A stretch of 63,196 nt of DNA, filler included, from Octopus bimaculoides (lineage: Eukaryota): the NCBI RefSeq assembly GCF_001194135.2. It is 4 parts of 4 records of this genome, joined end to end, with 100 filler letters (N's around TTAATTAATTAA, not from the genome) between each part and the next. Parts side by side here need not be neighbours in the genome. Positions count along the whole stretch, not along the records: positions 1 to 29,620 come from NC_068981.1; 3 more parts are not named here. One strand, written 5' to 3'. Positions 1-13,330 of the stretch are shown in pieces. The notes beneath the pieces are model-generated. The model saw only the letters and a list, made by a program, of their open reading frames with translations, was not told where the DNA came from and ran no database searches. The stretch's first letter is position 1. Each line of letters opens with the position of its first letter. The position numbers and the translations under genes are program-made.

Positions 1-523
1 TTTATAAGCCGCCCTCTTTCCCTGTTTCTGGTGAGGATGTAGTCGATTTGGCTAGAGTGTCTGCCAGATCGGTAGGTGACTAGGTGACAGGCAGGTTTCC
101 TGAAGTTGGTATTGCAAACCATAAGATTGGTTGCATCACAGAACTCCAGCAGTCTGGTTCCCTCCTCGTTGGGGGAACCGAAGCCATAGCCTCCATGTAT
201 GCCATGGAAGCCTCCAACACGACGTCCGACATGACCATTGAAGTCACCAGCCACAAAGAGAAGGTCCATGTCACTTGTCGACGAGGTAGATAGCAAGAGG
301 GTTTCATAGAATTGGTCTTTCAGCCCATCCGGTAGCCCCGGTTGAGGGGCATAGGGTGAGATGACAGTAGCTAGCCTATGATGAAGCACTAGTTTAATCT
401 TAAGTACTCTGTCACATACTCTAACTACCTCGATTACCTTATCAACGCATTTCTCTGCTAGAAGTATTCCTACGCTCCCGACCCCGTCAGTGTTCTCTGC
501 CCAGAAAATCTTGTACCTGTGTT
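1..523 (-). mobile_element. RTE-clade LINE, APE endonuclease fragment, 5'-truncated
   Basis: Open minus frame: YKIFWAENTDGVGSVGILLAEK...ISPYAPQ...VAGDFNGHVG...GFGSPNEEGTRLLEFC...NTNFRK...SQIDYIL (GDFN and IDYIL endonuclease motifs). Confidence 0.9.
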
Positions 524-1495
524 AAAATCTTGTACCTGTGTTAAAATCTTTTACATAAATATTTTTTAAATTCCACCCCCCAAATTTTCTTTCCAAGAAC
601 CTGAAAAAGAATACACAACTACTGTCCCATAGTCACTATTAATTTGTGTAATTTGAAGATGATTATAAACTCAGTTTCAAAGATATGACACTACAAATAT
701 GGCTAGTTTTCAGGCAAGATTTCAACTAATTTGCTGACTATTCAAATTGTCATATTTCCTAAAATATTTACCCAAATTTCACAAATGAGGTATCAAAATA
801 TTTCTTTTTGGATGCTCTTGAAGAAAAATTACATTTAAATATTCTCAAAAATTTATGATGATACCTACTTTAATTAGATTTGCTAATGGAATCTGTAAGA
901 TTGTATGTATTTTTTTGTGTGTATATGTTTATGTCTTGGTGCTGCATAATTGTTATGAACAAACAACACCTTCATACATGCAATGTTTTTTGTTTCCAAT
1001 CTTTCATTAAAACATGTAGCCAGTGTGAAATATTTTTCTTGCTTGAAAAAAAGAGAGGGTTGCTGACAGGAAGGGCATATTGCTGTAGAAAATTTGCCTC
1101 AATGAATTCCATTTGACCCTTGTAGGCCTGAAATAGTGGACATTAAAATGAAGACTACTATGATACTGTAGCTGTCTGTCTGTCTATCTGTCCATCCATC
1201 CATTTGTTCACTTTTATTTTACTGTCCATCAGTTTCTCTCCAGTATCTGCTGTTCATTAACAATTGTATCTGAAACTATTTTCAAACACTTGGGAATATT
1301 ACACTGCTTGAAATCAATCAGGTGAGTGTTGGGTATAAGAAATGCATATGTCCATAGATAATCTGCCTCAATGGATTCCATTTAACCCATGCAAGCATGG
1401 AACATTGGGCCTTACAATACTGCTGCTATTAATAGATAATAAATATGATATATTTTAAAAATATATGTTTTATATTTTTATATTCTACTTCTCAG

Positions 1496-1761
1496 TGTGT
1501 TTGCCCCAATGGATCATGTTGTTATGAAGAAAAATTATCAGTGAAATACATGTTTAATCCTGCAAGCCGTGATGAAGAAATTTATCCACCTCATCTTGCT
1601 CGAATGGGTCACAGTCTGATCAGTTGTGGAGATGATGTTCTTTATCTTTATGGAGGGCGTTCTCTTAAATATGGTCTTATCAATGAAATGTGGATGTTCA
1701 ATCGTAGCAGCCAAGAATGGTCTAAAGTCATTGCTAGCACTGATGAAGAACCAGCAGGAAG
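1496..1761 (+). CDS. MEGF8: MEGF8 internal exon (EGF end plus kelch repeat)
   Basis: Acceptor ttctcAG at 1494-1495, donor GTTAGT at 1762. Reads CVCPNG...LARMGHSLISCGDDVLYLYGGRSLKYGLINEMWMFNRSSQEWSKV, resembling the vertebrate MEGF8 second kelch block as recalled (LHRLGHTMVDGPDATLWMFGG). Phase-2 end joins the next exon as AG+G=Arg. Confidence 0.9.
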
Positions 1762-2039
1762 GTTAGTTGCTTCTTTTGACTCATTTTATAAGAAGATAAT
1801 AATGATGATGAGGATGAGGATGACTCCTTCCCTCCTCCTGTTGATTTTGACATGTGAGTGGTTAAAGGAAAGGATTTTTAAAAAGTGCATCTATTTGTGA
1901 CTGATGCATGAATGTAAGGTGAGTCCAAGTATGGATTTTATTAAGAAGTCACAGTAGGGACAATGATGATTTTGCCTGGGAGACAAATGTGTCAGTTGAT
2001 TACCGGATAAAGTTCTTAATAATATTAATAATGATAATC

Positions 2040-2251
2040 CTTCCTCCTATAGACACAAGGCCTGGAATTTGTGGAGAGGGGGATAGTCAATTACATCAAC
2101 CCCAGTACTTGACTGGTTCTTATTTTATTGACCCCAAAAGAATGAAAGGCAAAGGCGACCTTGGTGGAATTTGAACTCAAAGCATAGCAGCAGATGAAAT
2201 ACTGCTAAGCATTTTGCCCAGTGTGCTCATGATTCTGCTAGCTTGCCACCT
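2040..2251 (-). mobile_element. tRNA-derived SINE family B, tail type 1
   Basis: Homologous to 2298-2510, 29090-29290, 47875-48047 and 49548-49745. Minus-strand B-box GAGTTCAAATT and core GCCTTTCATTCTTTTGGGGTCAATAAAATAAG. Confidence 0.8.
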
Positions 2252-2259
2252 TAATAATA

Positions 2260-2291
<32 letters not shown>

Positions 2292-2297
2292 AATAAT

Positions 2298-2508
2298 GGT
2301 TTCAAATTTTGCCACAAGGGCAGCAATTTTGGGGGAGGGATGATTCGATTACATTGACCCCAGTACTCAAGTGGTACTTATTTTATTTACCCCAAAAGGA
2401 TGAAAGGCAAAGTCAACCTTGCCGAAATTTGAACTCGGAATGTAAAGACAGACGAAATGCTGCTAAGCATTTTGCCTGGCGTACTAGCGATTCTGCCAGC
2501 TCACTGCC

Positions 2509-2510
<2 letters not shown>
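2298..2510 (-). mobile_element. tRNA-derived SINE family B, tail type 2
   Basis: Same head and core as 2040-2251, with (CAT/ATT)n tail at 2260-2297. Confidence 0.85.
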
Positions 2511-2583
<73 letters not shown>

Positions 2584-2609
2584 ATAATAATAATAATAAT
2601 AATAATAAT
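2511..2609. repeat. (TAC)n(AAT)n compound microsatellite
   Basis: Directly visible triplet runs. Confidence 0.95.
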
Positions 2610-3511
2610 ATATTTTTTAATATTTTCTGGATAATATATAGTTTATAACTAGTCAATTCTTAGTTTTGTTTATTATCCATTGTATTACCTGCATTTCAAT
2701 TTTATTATATTGATCATGGAATGATGAAAGGCGTCTTCACTTTTGAAACATTTTATTTTGTAATTTACCACAGATGCAGAGGTGGTGGTAGCTACCTCTG
2801 CATCAAGAACAACAAGAACCACCACCATCATCATCATCATCATCTGTTGATATTGGAAGAGTACAATTTATTTCTGCTAACATTTCTACAACAGCCTAGA
2901 ACTCTTCTACATCTTGTTAAGATCACTATTCCATCTCCCTTCCCTCAGTCCAGACATGAATATAATACTATTAAAAATCTCATTCATCTGAAATATGTTG
3001 GAATGCACACCAACTGTGTTAATTTCAGAAGAATTCCAACTGTCACACTCTGAGTGTGGCCACCTTACTTACCTCATCAGGTTATTTCTAACATGGAAAA
3101 GCAATACCACAGCAATCTGAGCCTAAGTATGCTTCTTGCCTACTGGGCTCTCAATGAAGATATGTCTGAGACAAAGTGCAGTAGAAAATTCAAATCAGAC
3201 TACTTTTTAAACTACAAGTATGTCTTTTCAAATTGTATTTTAATAAATGTGTAATTATATGTGTTTTAAAAAAATTTAGTTGCATACCATACAAAACTGA
3301 TATGAGAAAGAACTGTTACAAACTTTTTTTCAGATTCAGCACAAAAATTACTATATGAATTAGAATATTTTCCTTCTTGGAAGACTGTTTTTTAACTGTG
3401 TAATTAAATATTTAAGCAGTTTTCTTCAAAATATTTTTTCTTAAAATAACTAATGTAAAAAGAATACTTTTAACTTAGGTTTTTTTTTTTTTTTTTATCA
3501 TTCTGTTGTAG

Positions 3512-3662
3512 GTATTACCATGCTGCTGTTTGTGTGCCCATCATTAAGACAATTTTTATTTATGGCGGTATTGTTGAAACTGGTAGAAAAGTTCAGAAAT
3601 ATAAAGTGACCAATGAATTTTGGAAGTTTGCAGTAGAATCCAGGAAGTGGAAGAAAGAACAA
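3512..3662 (+). CDS. MEGF8: MEGF8 internal exon (kelch repeat)
   Basis: Poly-T tract then tgtAG acceptor. Reads (R)YYHAAVCVPIIKTIFIYGGIVETGRKVQKYKVTNEFWKFAVESRKWKKEQ. Donor GTAGAA at 3663 is weak but required, since an in-frame stop follows. Not in the ORF track. Confidence 0.88.
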
Positions 3663-4177
3663 GTAGAATATCTGTTATATTCATTAAAATGTTGTATTAA
3701 AGCATAAATGATTAACTTTAGTTTATAACTGAATTAGTCATTTACTAATTTTGTATAATTTTCTCATAATTGCTATTTTTCTGTAATGATTAGAGCAATT
3801 ACTTTAATCCTTTCTGTAAAAAAATATATGAAACTTTCCTTAGTCATTTCTTACCAAAGTGTGCGGAATCATTTGTGTTTACTAAGTTATATGTAAATCT
3901 AAACATTGTCTTAAATTGTGTTACTACTACATTAATGACACACAATTTCATAATTTAAACACTTGTATGTAGCCCAACATTTATTCAGCATAGATTTTGT
4001 TTTTTGAGAAAATGGGAAAAAACTGAATTTAAATTTGTGGCCTATGCTTAAACTAAGCTCATTTAATGTTTGTGCTAAATTTTCTGGAAAACGAAAATTT
4101 TCCTGATAATGTTATTTCTTGCACATGTGTACAAACATGCACACAAATGCACTGTCATTTTTTGTTTGTTTTAACAG

Positions 4178-4361
4178 AGTGATTCTTGGTTGCCTGCTGT
4201 TGCTGGTCACACATTAACATATGTGCTTGATACAAAATTGGTGGTCATTGGTGGATTTTCAACAGAGAATTATTTTCTTGATAAAGTCCTCATTTACAAT
4301 TCCGCACAAGCTCAGTGGGATATATACCATCGCAAGAATCTAAGTGGTGTTATTCCTCTTG
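4178..4361 (+). CDS. MEGF8: MEGF8 internal exon (kelch repeat)
   Basis: ttaacAG acceptor, GTAAGT donor at 4362. Reads SDSWLPAVAGHTLTYVLDTKLVVIGGFSTENYFLDKVLIYNSAQAQWDIYHRKNLSGVIPL(G); LPAVAGHTLT is recognised from MEGF8. Confidence 0.92.
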
Positions 4362-6672
4362 GTAAGTAGAAGTCACTTCATTATCATTATGTGTATGCAA
4401 CAAATTGAAAGATATAAGATCTTGTTATTTTCAATTTGTTACATCCAAATGAAAACAGTTCCATTGATCCTTATGCTTTAATTATTCTTCTGTAAAGAAT
4501 CCACAATTCAGGAGCTTACAAGCTTAGGTATTAAAATTTTGATCACTGGTATGGTATTGCTTTTCAAGATATTTTATGAACAGAAGAGATAAGCCTATTG
4601 GTTCCATTTTAAGTGTGATATAAAGTAATGAATTTAGTGTTAGCGCACATCCTGCTTTTCTTTGTAAAAACATTTTCCTTTTGTAGGCTGCATAATAGAA
4701 TTGAAGAAGAGAATAAACTGAGTATCTTGTCATTGCTGGGCAATTTTCACAATAGAATGCCTTGGTGAACTTTCAGAACAGCATGCCCACATAAGTTGGA
4801 TTTTCTCAGTTTTGATGGAGATTTTTCAAATTTATTTTTCACTACACCTCCCCCTTCAGAACCGATTTTGTCCAATTTCTTTTTTTCACTACACACTTAA
4901 AAACAATGGGAGATGCCTTTTTGATGAAATACAAAAGGATTTTCAAAAATTTATGATTTTTTCCAAATCCCCTCCACTGCTCAACACTGATTTTGGCCAA
5001 TTTTTTTTACACTATGCACTTAAAAACAATGGGAGAAGCTTTGTTAGTTAAAAAAAAAAATGGGTGAGGGTGGGGGATGAGCAATCATCATTACAATCTC
5101 TACTTCCTTTATTTTCAAACAGAAAATGAAATGTAATTTAAAAGCAATAGCAAAATTTTTTAATAATTTTTTCATTAATCCACCTCCTAAAATTTCAGCT
5201 TATTTTCAAAAATTTATTTTTAATATGCGATTTGTTTGAGTTCATAATTTCACAATAATTTTCAGGTGGAAAGATGTGTGATTTTGTTTCTAACACATCC
5301 CACGACCATGTGTTACCTTACTTGTTTCTTTGTTATTCCAAGATGTATTGTTATTTTTCAATATTTTTCTCCTCATAAATGCATTTTATGGAATAATGAT
5401 GTGGAAGTAAATGTTTTGTTTAGCTCAAGGGTGGTTCATTGCTGGATTTTAAGTAACAGCAGGAAGAAGTGACAGTGAAACTCAGCAAGCTGCTCAACTG
5501 TGCCAATAAAATAATGCTGAAAATATGAGACAAGGGTAAAATCCCTATAGACCCCATACAGTGGAGTCAAGCACAGTTTGAACATACAAAAATACACTTT
5601 TTGTGTCATCATTTTCTTGTCAAAATAAACATTTTCCAAGGAAAATTATGTCATTTGAAAGTTCTGGATGTGAACTCTCTTCTCATATGGTTTTATTTAA
5701 AATCTGACAGTTACATATCGTGTCAGGGGTTCTCAAACACCCTGGTATTTCCATACATTTATGAAGTTTGTCCCGTTTTTTTTTTGTTTTTTTTATTGCA
5801 GAAATCATTCCTAGTTCAATGCACTCAAGTGTCATAACTTCAGTTGAGTTTAAAATCATACTGTCATGAAGAGGAAAATTTTTAATTTTATTTTGATATA
5901 AAATTGTTGGGAGTAGGTCGGATAATTATTACGAAATATAAAACTTAAAATTTCATTGTTAATGTTTACTAAGAATATAACGTATTTTCTTCAAGATTTT
6001 TGTATGATACAAAAAATTTTTTTTCGGAAATTTAATGTTGTTATTGCTAAGTCCAGCCATGGTATGGAGAAAAGTGCAAAGTAAGTAAAGAGAGTGGTAC
6101 ACTGACCCTTCTTAACAAACTGACATATTCATGATCAAATGAGAGATCAAATGAAACACAAATCTAAAGCTTCAAATCTTATGTTTGAGTCAGAATTTCA
6201 AGAAATGTACAAAAAATGCACTAAATTGAGTTTAATAAGTCATTTCGAGCCCAAACTTACCATGAAATGGTTATATTGATGACATTGATTATTTATTCTG
6301 TTTATGAATTTGTGTTGCAAGATTCCTGATTCCTGTTGTTTATTCCCCCTTGTTGTTTCAACGACATGTGGCGAACCACTAGGCAAACCTAGTGGATATT
6401 CTTATACATTTGTTTTACTTTGAAAGATACTTATCAAATTCCACCAATAAAAATTATATTGTGCAATGCATATAATTTTGTATACTATTAAAGTCAGATG
6501 TGATGGGGGTTTTTTTTTTTCTGATTCTGAATACAGTTGGGATAATTTGTGTCAGTGTTTACATATGATTTTTAGTTTTTTTTTCTCTCTCTCTCTACTA
6601 AAGAATTTGCTGTAAGTTACAGATGTTGCTAATACCTTTAATTTATGTTTTTAAGCTTAAAGCAAAGAATTA

Positions 6673-8104
6673 CCATAAAAACTGATGTAATTTGCGCACC
6701 TGTGTAATTTACGCAGGTGATTTTCAGGATAAAAATTGTTAAGAAAAGCTACTACTCATATAAAATTTACACCGAAAAGTTTTCAGAATTGCTGATGTGG
6801 CCAGGGGGAAAGGGTTTTCAATTTAGTTGTATTTAGCACAATTTCACTGACTTATGATTAAATTTTATTAAATTTTCATTAAATAAAAATAGTTTCTGTT
6901 TAACAAGCACCACATTGAAAGCTATTAAACTACGAAGTGTTTGTGTTGTTTATAATAAACTTTATTTTACATTTCTTGCCCACAAGAGATTATATCCGAT
7001 CTTTAGCATATTTCTGTATGTCTTCTCAAATCATGATCACAGGAAAAGTTGTTGATAATTCTTATCAACAAAAACAAAGCTGATAAATATGCACAAGTGT
7101 TGCAAATTAAGTTTAATTACCAATAAACATCAGCTTGGATGACTCTTTACTCAACCGACAGAGGAAGGTGACTAATCAGACTGATTATGTAAACAGAATT
7201 CTGATTGGTCAAAAGTGTCTTCTTGTCTTGAGCTCTGATTTTCCACCTATTCTTGTTGGAATAGCATAGAGACCAAACTGATAGTTTGGTAACCTGCTAA
7301 AATAAACATTAAATATTGAAAGGGGAAATAAACAGCTTTGCAAGTTTAACTCAGTGTTTATTGAACAAGAGAGGTACGAAATTTAAGAAGCAACTTGTTA
7401 GAATACACACATCTGTGAGGAGATACAAACAAGAATAGTAAAAATCTACTATACCAAAAGAACTGGTAATACATACATTACAAGTGTTCTATGAAGAGAA
7501 CATAAGATTGTTGCATAATCCAACATGAAAGTGAAATGGCATTAAACATTGTAAAAGGTAAATGAAGGTTTCTGTAGGAATGCTAAGTCATATTCACTTA
7601 GTGAGTTTACATGCGCAAAGATGAATTATGATGTTGTCAGCAGTGATGAATTTCATTGTCCTAACACAGAGGAAGCAAGCAATAGCTTCCTGGAGGCAAA
7701 AGCAAGCTAGACTCAAGTGGAGAAAAACTTATCTATTTAAGGAAATTGGTGGGCTCCATTGCAATAGGTAGAAACTCCAAGCAATGTAAAATATGGCCTG
7801 GACTGTGATTACCAGCATGAACATCAAACTTCAAAAGAATTTAATGGTTTTAGATACAGAAAAAGTAAGCATTATACCATCCAGCAAAAATAAATGTCAA
7901 CTTCGTTATATTTTTTCTGTAAAAATCTATTTTGACATTAAATGAGCCAACTTCCAGTACGAATATTTACATTTGTACGTCAGTTTTCAACAAAAAAATT
8001 TATAAAAAATTCTGGAAATGATCTACTCATGTAATTTATGCACTCACTAAAGTTTATTTTGTTTCTTTTACAAAAAAAGTGTGTAAATTAATGCGTTTTT
8101 ACGG
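6673..8104 (+). mobile_element. Decayed pogo/Tc1-mariner-type DNA transposon
   Basis: Imperfect TIRs flanked by TA: TA|CCATAAAAACTGATGTAATTT at 6671 and GTAAATTAATGCGTTTTTACGG|TA ending 8106. Weak internal transposase-like remnants (YTKRTGN near 7450). Confidence 0.5.
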
Positions 8105-9409
8105 TAGTTTTCACATCTTATTTGCTTTTTAATCTCAGCCCACAGGTAATTCTAAGAAAAGTATCTGGTGGTTGTGGTATGTGCTAGAAGCAATAGCTAA
8201 ATCTCCCTTAAATCATACATCTTTTTGCTTGAAAATATTGTCACATTTTTTTTTTCTCTAAGGAGGCTTCTTCCATGATTTTTAAGTGCATAGTGCAAAC
8301 AAAATTGGCCAAAATCAGTCTGGAGTGGGTTGGTAGTGGAAACAAATCATAAATTTTCTGTAATTTTTTTCCTTAAAAACCTTATTCCCATTATTTCCAA
8401 GATTATTGATGCAAAAAAAGAATTGAAAAAGTCCCTATCAAATTTGAGAAAATCCAACTTATGTGGGTGTCCTGATCCCAAACTCCACCATTTATGGCCA
8501 TTTTTAATAGTCCATTAAAATTTTATTGAACTGTTCTCATTTTCCAAAATCTCAGGATTTATTTAGTTCTATACCAACTAGAAATGTGCTAAAACTCAAG
8601 TCCTTGTGACTTGTAGTTTGGGATTTAACTTGGTTTGAAAACACTGTGAAATTGACTATTTGTTGCATGTAACAAAATACATAAATATTTTTAAAAACTG
8701 CCAAAAATAAGTTTTCTTTCTAAGAACCTGAAAGAAAATAGGCAACTGATGGTCACTATTAATTTGTGTAATTTGAAAATGATTATCACCTCAATTTCAA
8801 AGATATGACATCACAAATATGGTTAATTATTTCTTTTGTTAAGAACATTTTTTTTCCTTTCTGCACACAGTACAAAAATCAAAAATTTTGTTAAGAAAAT
8901 TTTTTCCTGTACACACGTTTATTATTCCAACAACACTTTTGTTGGTTCTTTGGTGCTTTTCTCTGTGAGAGTTTTGTACATTCCCATACTTTTTTCCTTT
9001 TTCCTTTCTTTCCTCTGTAAAAGATGAGTCTTCCCAGCTTGCCCGCATACTCTGGTGATGTCACACTTTGGTTTGCTCAATTGGATGCATATTTTTCCGC
9101 CCATGATGTGCCTCACCAACAGCAACTGAACCTTTTGTACTGTGGAATACCTTCACCTCTTGCACGCTCAGTGAAAGATCTCATCATTGACCCACATCCA
9201 GACGCGACTTACGCGTCCATCAAATCCAAGGTTCTCTATTGGAACACACAATCCTTGGAGAATAAATTCCAGACACTGATGCAGGATGAACACCTGGGAG
9301 ATAGGGCACCATCTGAGTTTCTTTGTCGGCTGCAAGAACTCAGCGACACTCCACTTGAGGACAATCTTCTGCTAAGAAAGTTGTTTTTCTCTTGTCTACC
9401 GCCAAATGT

Positions 9410-9787
9410 GTGGAAGCGCAATGGCCCAGTGGTTAGGGCAGCGGACTCGCGGTCATAGGATCGCAGTTTCGATTCCCAGACCAGGTGTTGTGAGTGTTTA
9501 TTGAGTGAAAACACCTAAAAGCTCCACGAGGCTCCGGTAGGGGATGGTGGCGAACCCTGCTGTACTCTTTCACCACAACTTTCTCTCACTCTTACTTCCT
9601 GTTTCTGTTGTGCCTGTAATTCAAAGAGTCAGCCTTGTCACACTGTGTCACGCTGAATATCCCGAGAACTATGTTAAGGGTACACATGTCTGTGGAGTGC
9701 TCAGCCACTTGCACGTTAATTTCACGAGCAGGCTGTTCAACTAGAACCCTCAATGTCGTAAGAGACGGAGTGCCAACAACAACAACT
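9410..9787 (+). mobile_element. tRNA-derived SINE family E inserted in Gypsy gag
   Basis: A-box TGGCCCAGTGG, B-box-like GTTTCGATTCC, (AAC)n tail. TSD GCCAAATGT at 9401-9409 and 9788-9796; removing it restores gag LPPNVQLILATM. Confidence 0.88.
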
Positions 9788-9831
9788 GCCAAATGTCCAA
9801 TTGATACTCGCCACAATGGTTGACTTCAATT

Positions 9832-9926
9832 CACTCGATCAGATAGCCACCACTCGATCAGATAACCACCACTCGATCAGATAGCCACCACTCGATCAGA
9901 TAGCCACCACTCGATCAGATAGCCAC
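9832..9926 (+). repeat. 19-bp minisatellite x5 inside gag
   Basis: CACTCGATCAGATAGCCAC x5, one mismatch in copy 2. Confidence 0.95.
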
Positions 9927-12900
9927 AAGATCATAGAGTTTACTGTGCAGCCTGCACCTTACCATACTTGTTTCAACCCCGTAGTAGCTTCCTCTACTAC
10001 TATAGAGTCTCCTGCCTCATCACATGACGACATTTTGGAGAGAGTCAATGCATTAACACGTCGCATGGACACACTGTGGCGAGAATATGCCAGCTCTCGT
10101 CGTCCTCTCAGCAGAAGCCATTCTAAGCCACGGTCATCTAGTTCTACTCCAATGGTTTCCAATCTCTGCTGGTACCATGCCAGATTTAAGGACAAAGCCT
10201 GTTGATGCATCCAGCCCTGTTCATTCAAGCTGTTGGGAAACTAGTTGTGGAAGATTTGGGCACATCAACAACTTCCTGCAATTTTTCATCTCATCATATA
10301 TTCTTTGTTAAGGATCTAACAAATCATTCATGGTTGACACTGGATTCAGCTGTTCTATTTGGCCTTTGCGTCTTACTTCAGACAAACCGAAGCAATTTGC
10401 CATTAACCTGCACATGGTGAATCTATCCTCGATAAAAACTTATGGTCAGGTCTCATTAAACCTAAATCTCAACCTTTGAAGGGATTTTAGGTGGCTTTTT
10501 GTTATAGCAGATCTACCATACCCCATTTGGGCCGTGGACTTCTTAAACCACTTTCATTTGTTAGTAGATGTCAGGCGACAGAGACTCTTGGACGATTCTA
10601 CGTCTTTGTTTACGCCTGCTCAGGTTACTACTAATGCTGTTTTCAGCCCATCAATTTTTGTTGCCACTGCTGGAGATAAGTTCCACTCTCTTTTGGCTTC
10701 TTTCCCAGAGCTGGTAGATCCGACTTTCAAATCAAAGTCAAAGTCACACACTCGACTCGCCATTATATCACTACTTCTGGACCACCCATTTTTCACATCC
10801 ACAGTGACTCGCCCCTGATCAGCTCAAAAAGGCTCGATCTGAGTTTGAGTATATGCTTCAACTCAGCCTTATTTGCCCCTCCACCAGCCCTTGGGCATCT
10901 CCTCTTCATTTCGCATGGAAAGAGGATTCAGATTTTCGTCTGGTGGGTGACTACAGACGTTTGAATGCGGTCACTGTTCCCGATCACTATCCGATAAGGA
11001 ATCTCTAGGATTTTTCTTCAAACTTGCATGGTTGTACTATTTTTTTCAAGGTTAACTTCATCTAGGTTTATCATCAAATTCCAATGAACAATGATGACAT
11101 TCCAAAAACTACCGTTACCACCCCTTTTGGAAGTTTCGAGTTCCTGTTTATGAGCTTCGGTTTGCGGAATGCAATGATCACATTCCAGAGGTTTATTGAC
11201 AAAGTTGTCCATGGACTTGACTGTGTGTTCGCTTACGTGGATAATTTGCTCATAGCTAGCAACATGCATGAAAATCACCTCCAACATTTATCTCAACTTT
11301 TTCAGCGTCTTCGCACCTACGATGTGCGAATCAATCCTGATAAGTGTGTTTTCGGATAGACTTCTCTGGAATTCCTGTCATTATTTTGACTTTAATGGTG
11401 TCCGACCTCTCTCCTCCAAAGTCAATGCAATTCAATATGTCTCTCCTCCCACTTCTTTATGCCAACTCCATCATTTCTTGAGAATCGTCAACTTCTACAG
11501 GATTCATACCTAAATGTGCAAACAAGTTACTTCCCTTGACTTAACTATTGAAAGCAAATAAAAAAAAATTCTCCTGTCACTTTATCTGCTGAGTCATTAT
11601 CTTCTTTCAAGTCAATCAAGAAGGAAATAGCTTCTGTTAAGATGCTTGCACATCTGGTTCCTGATGCTCACCTCTCTTTAACAGTTAATGCATCGGATTC
11701 TGTGGTCGGTGCTGTTTTACAACATACCGCTGATGATCAAACTCAACCTTTGGTATTCTTTTCTCATCAATTAAAGCCAGCTGAACGTCGTTACAGTATG
11801 ATTGATCACAAACTCTTAGTGATCTACCTGTCAGTTCATTATTTTCAACATTAACTTGAGGGCTGAGATTTTGTGATTTGCCTGTCATCCACTTCCATCT
11901 GCTGAAAGCATAATCCTTTGTGACACAGCTACTGGTACTCCAAGGCCGTTTGTACCTGCGAACTACCAGCATTCCGTTTTTGATGCCTTGCATTCACTGT
12001 CACATCCTGGCATTGCTGCCTTGGTGAAGCTTATCACGGCTCAGTTTTTCTGGCCTAATATGTGCTGGATGATCACCACTTGGGCATGCTCTTGTGTGAA
12101 ATGCCAGCGTTCTAAAATCCACAGGCACATTCGCGCTCCTCTTGGACAATTGATCTGGTTGAACCATGGCCTGTCAGTCGCAGTTTCTTTTACATATTGA
12201 CATGCATCGATTGTTTCTCTCGTTGGTGTGAAGCCGTTCCAATAGTGGACATTTCCGCTGAGTCAGCTGCTTGAGTTTTCATTTTTAATTGGATTGCTTG
12301 TTTTGGTGTTCCAGCTAAGATGACCACTTACTGTGGATGCCAGTTCGAAGCTGCCTTATTTTGTGAATTATCACGAATCCTAGGTGTCCATCACATTCAT
12401 ACAACCAGCTACCATCCAGCTTCCAATGGGATGGTCGAATGTTTTCACAGGCAACTGAAGGCTGCTCTACGTGCTACTCCTGATCTGCACTCTTGGACAG
12501 AATTCCTGCCTATCGTTCTTCTTGGTTGTTGCACTGCCGTTAAGACAGACTTAGGTTTCGCCTCTGCTGAACTCCTTTACAATACCACCTTGGCACTTCC
12601 TGGTACAATGTTAGCTCCAGCCAATTCATCACATCCTGATCCAACGTCGTATGTCACCAGACAAAGCTCATATTTCTTGAGCTTTTCACCAAATGTATCT
12701 GTTTGACCAATCTGCTCCCTCTCACGTCCCACCGGACATTGACAAGTGGACGCATGTAAAGGACGATTTCGTGTGCTATCGCGCACACCCAATACTTTTA
12801 GTTTCGACATCACTGGTCGGGCAGAGACCATGTCAGTCAACAGACTTAAAAAGGCATATTTTGAGGTTTCCACACCCTTTGATGACACTCTGGCCACGCC

Positions 12901-13330
12901 CACCCCCTTTTGATCCTTTACAACCACCTACAATCCACCTGCACATGCACCTTTGACCACACCATCATCTACACCGCCACCTTCGTTGCCACAACCTAAT
13001 ACTAACGAACCTTATGTCACCAGGACAGGCTGTACTGTGCACTGACCCAAAAAACTTACCAAAACTATTTATCTCTGCCAATCACTTTTGTGTTTCCTGT
13101 GACAGACAATTGCTTTCTTGTGTTAATGAACAATTCCAATACACTGTAATTGAACATTTTGTCAAATTTTGTGCATGCCAAGTTATATTTCTTGCAATTA
13201 TTTTTCTTTTTGACTTGTCACATTTTGTACCATATCTTGTTGTTTGTGATTGGTTACCATCTTTGTTCTTTCCTTGTGCCTGCTTCAGTTATTCTCTATT
13301 TTCGCACTGGCATTCTCAGTGGGGAGCCCC

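Noticed and set aside
2870-3110. Tc1-like peptide (PQSRHEYNTIKNL)
   Set aside because: Too degenerate to support.
9410-9485. tRNA genes (also 28150-28218)
   Set aside because: These are SINE heads with no acceptor-stem closure, followed by SINE bodies and tails.
9832-9926. CRISPR-like array
   Set aside because: Head-to-tail repeats without spacers, in a eukaryotic retrotransposon.
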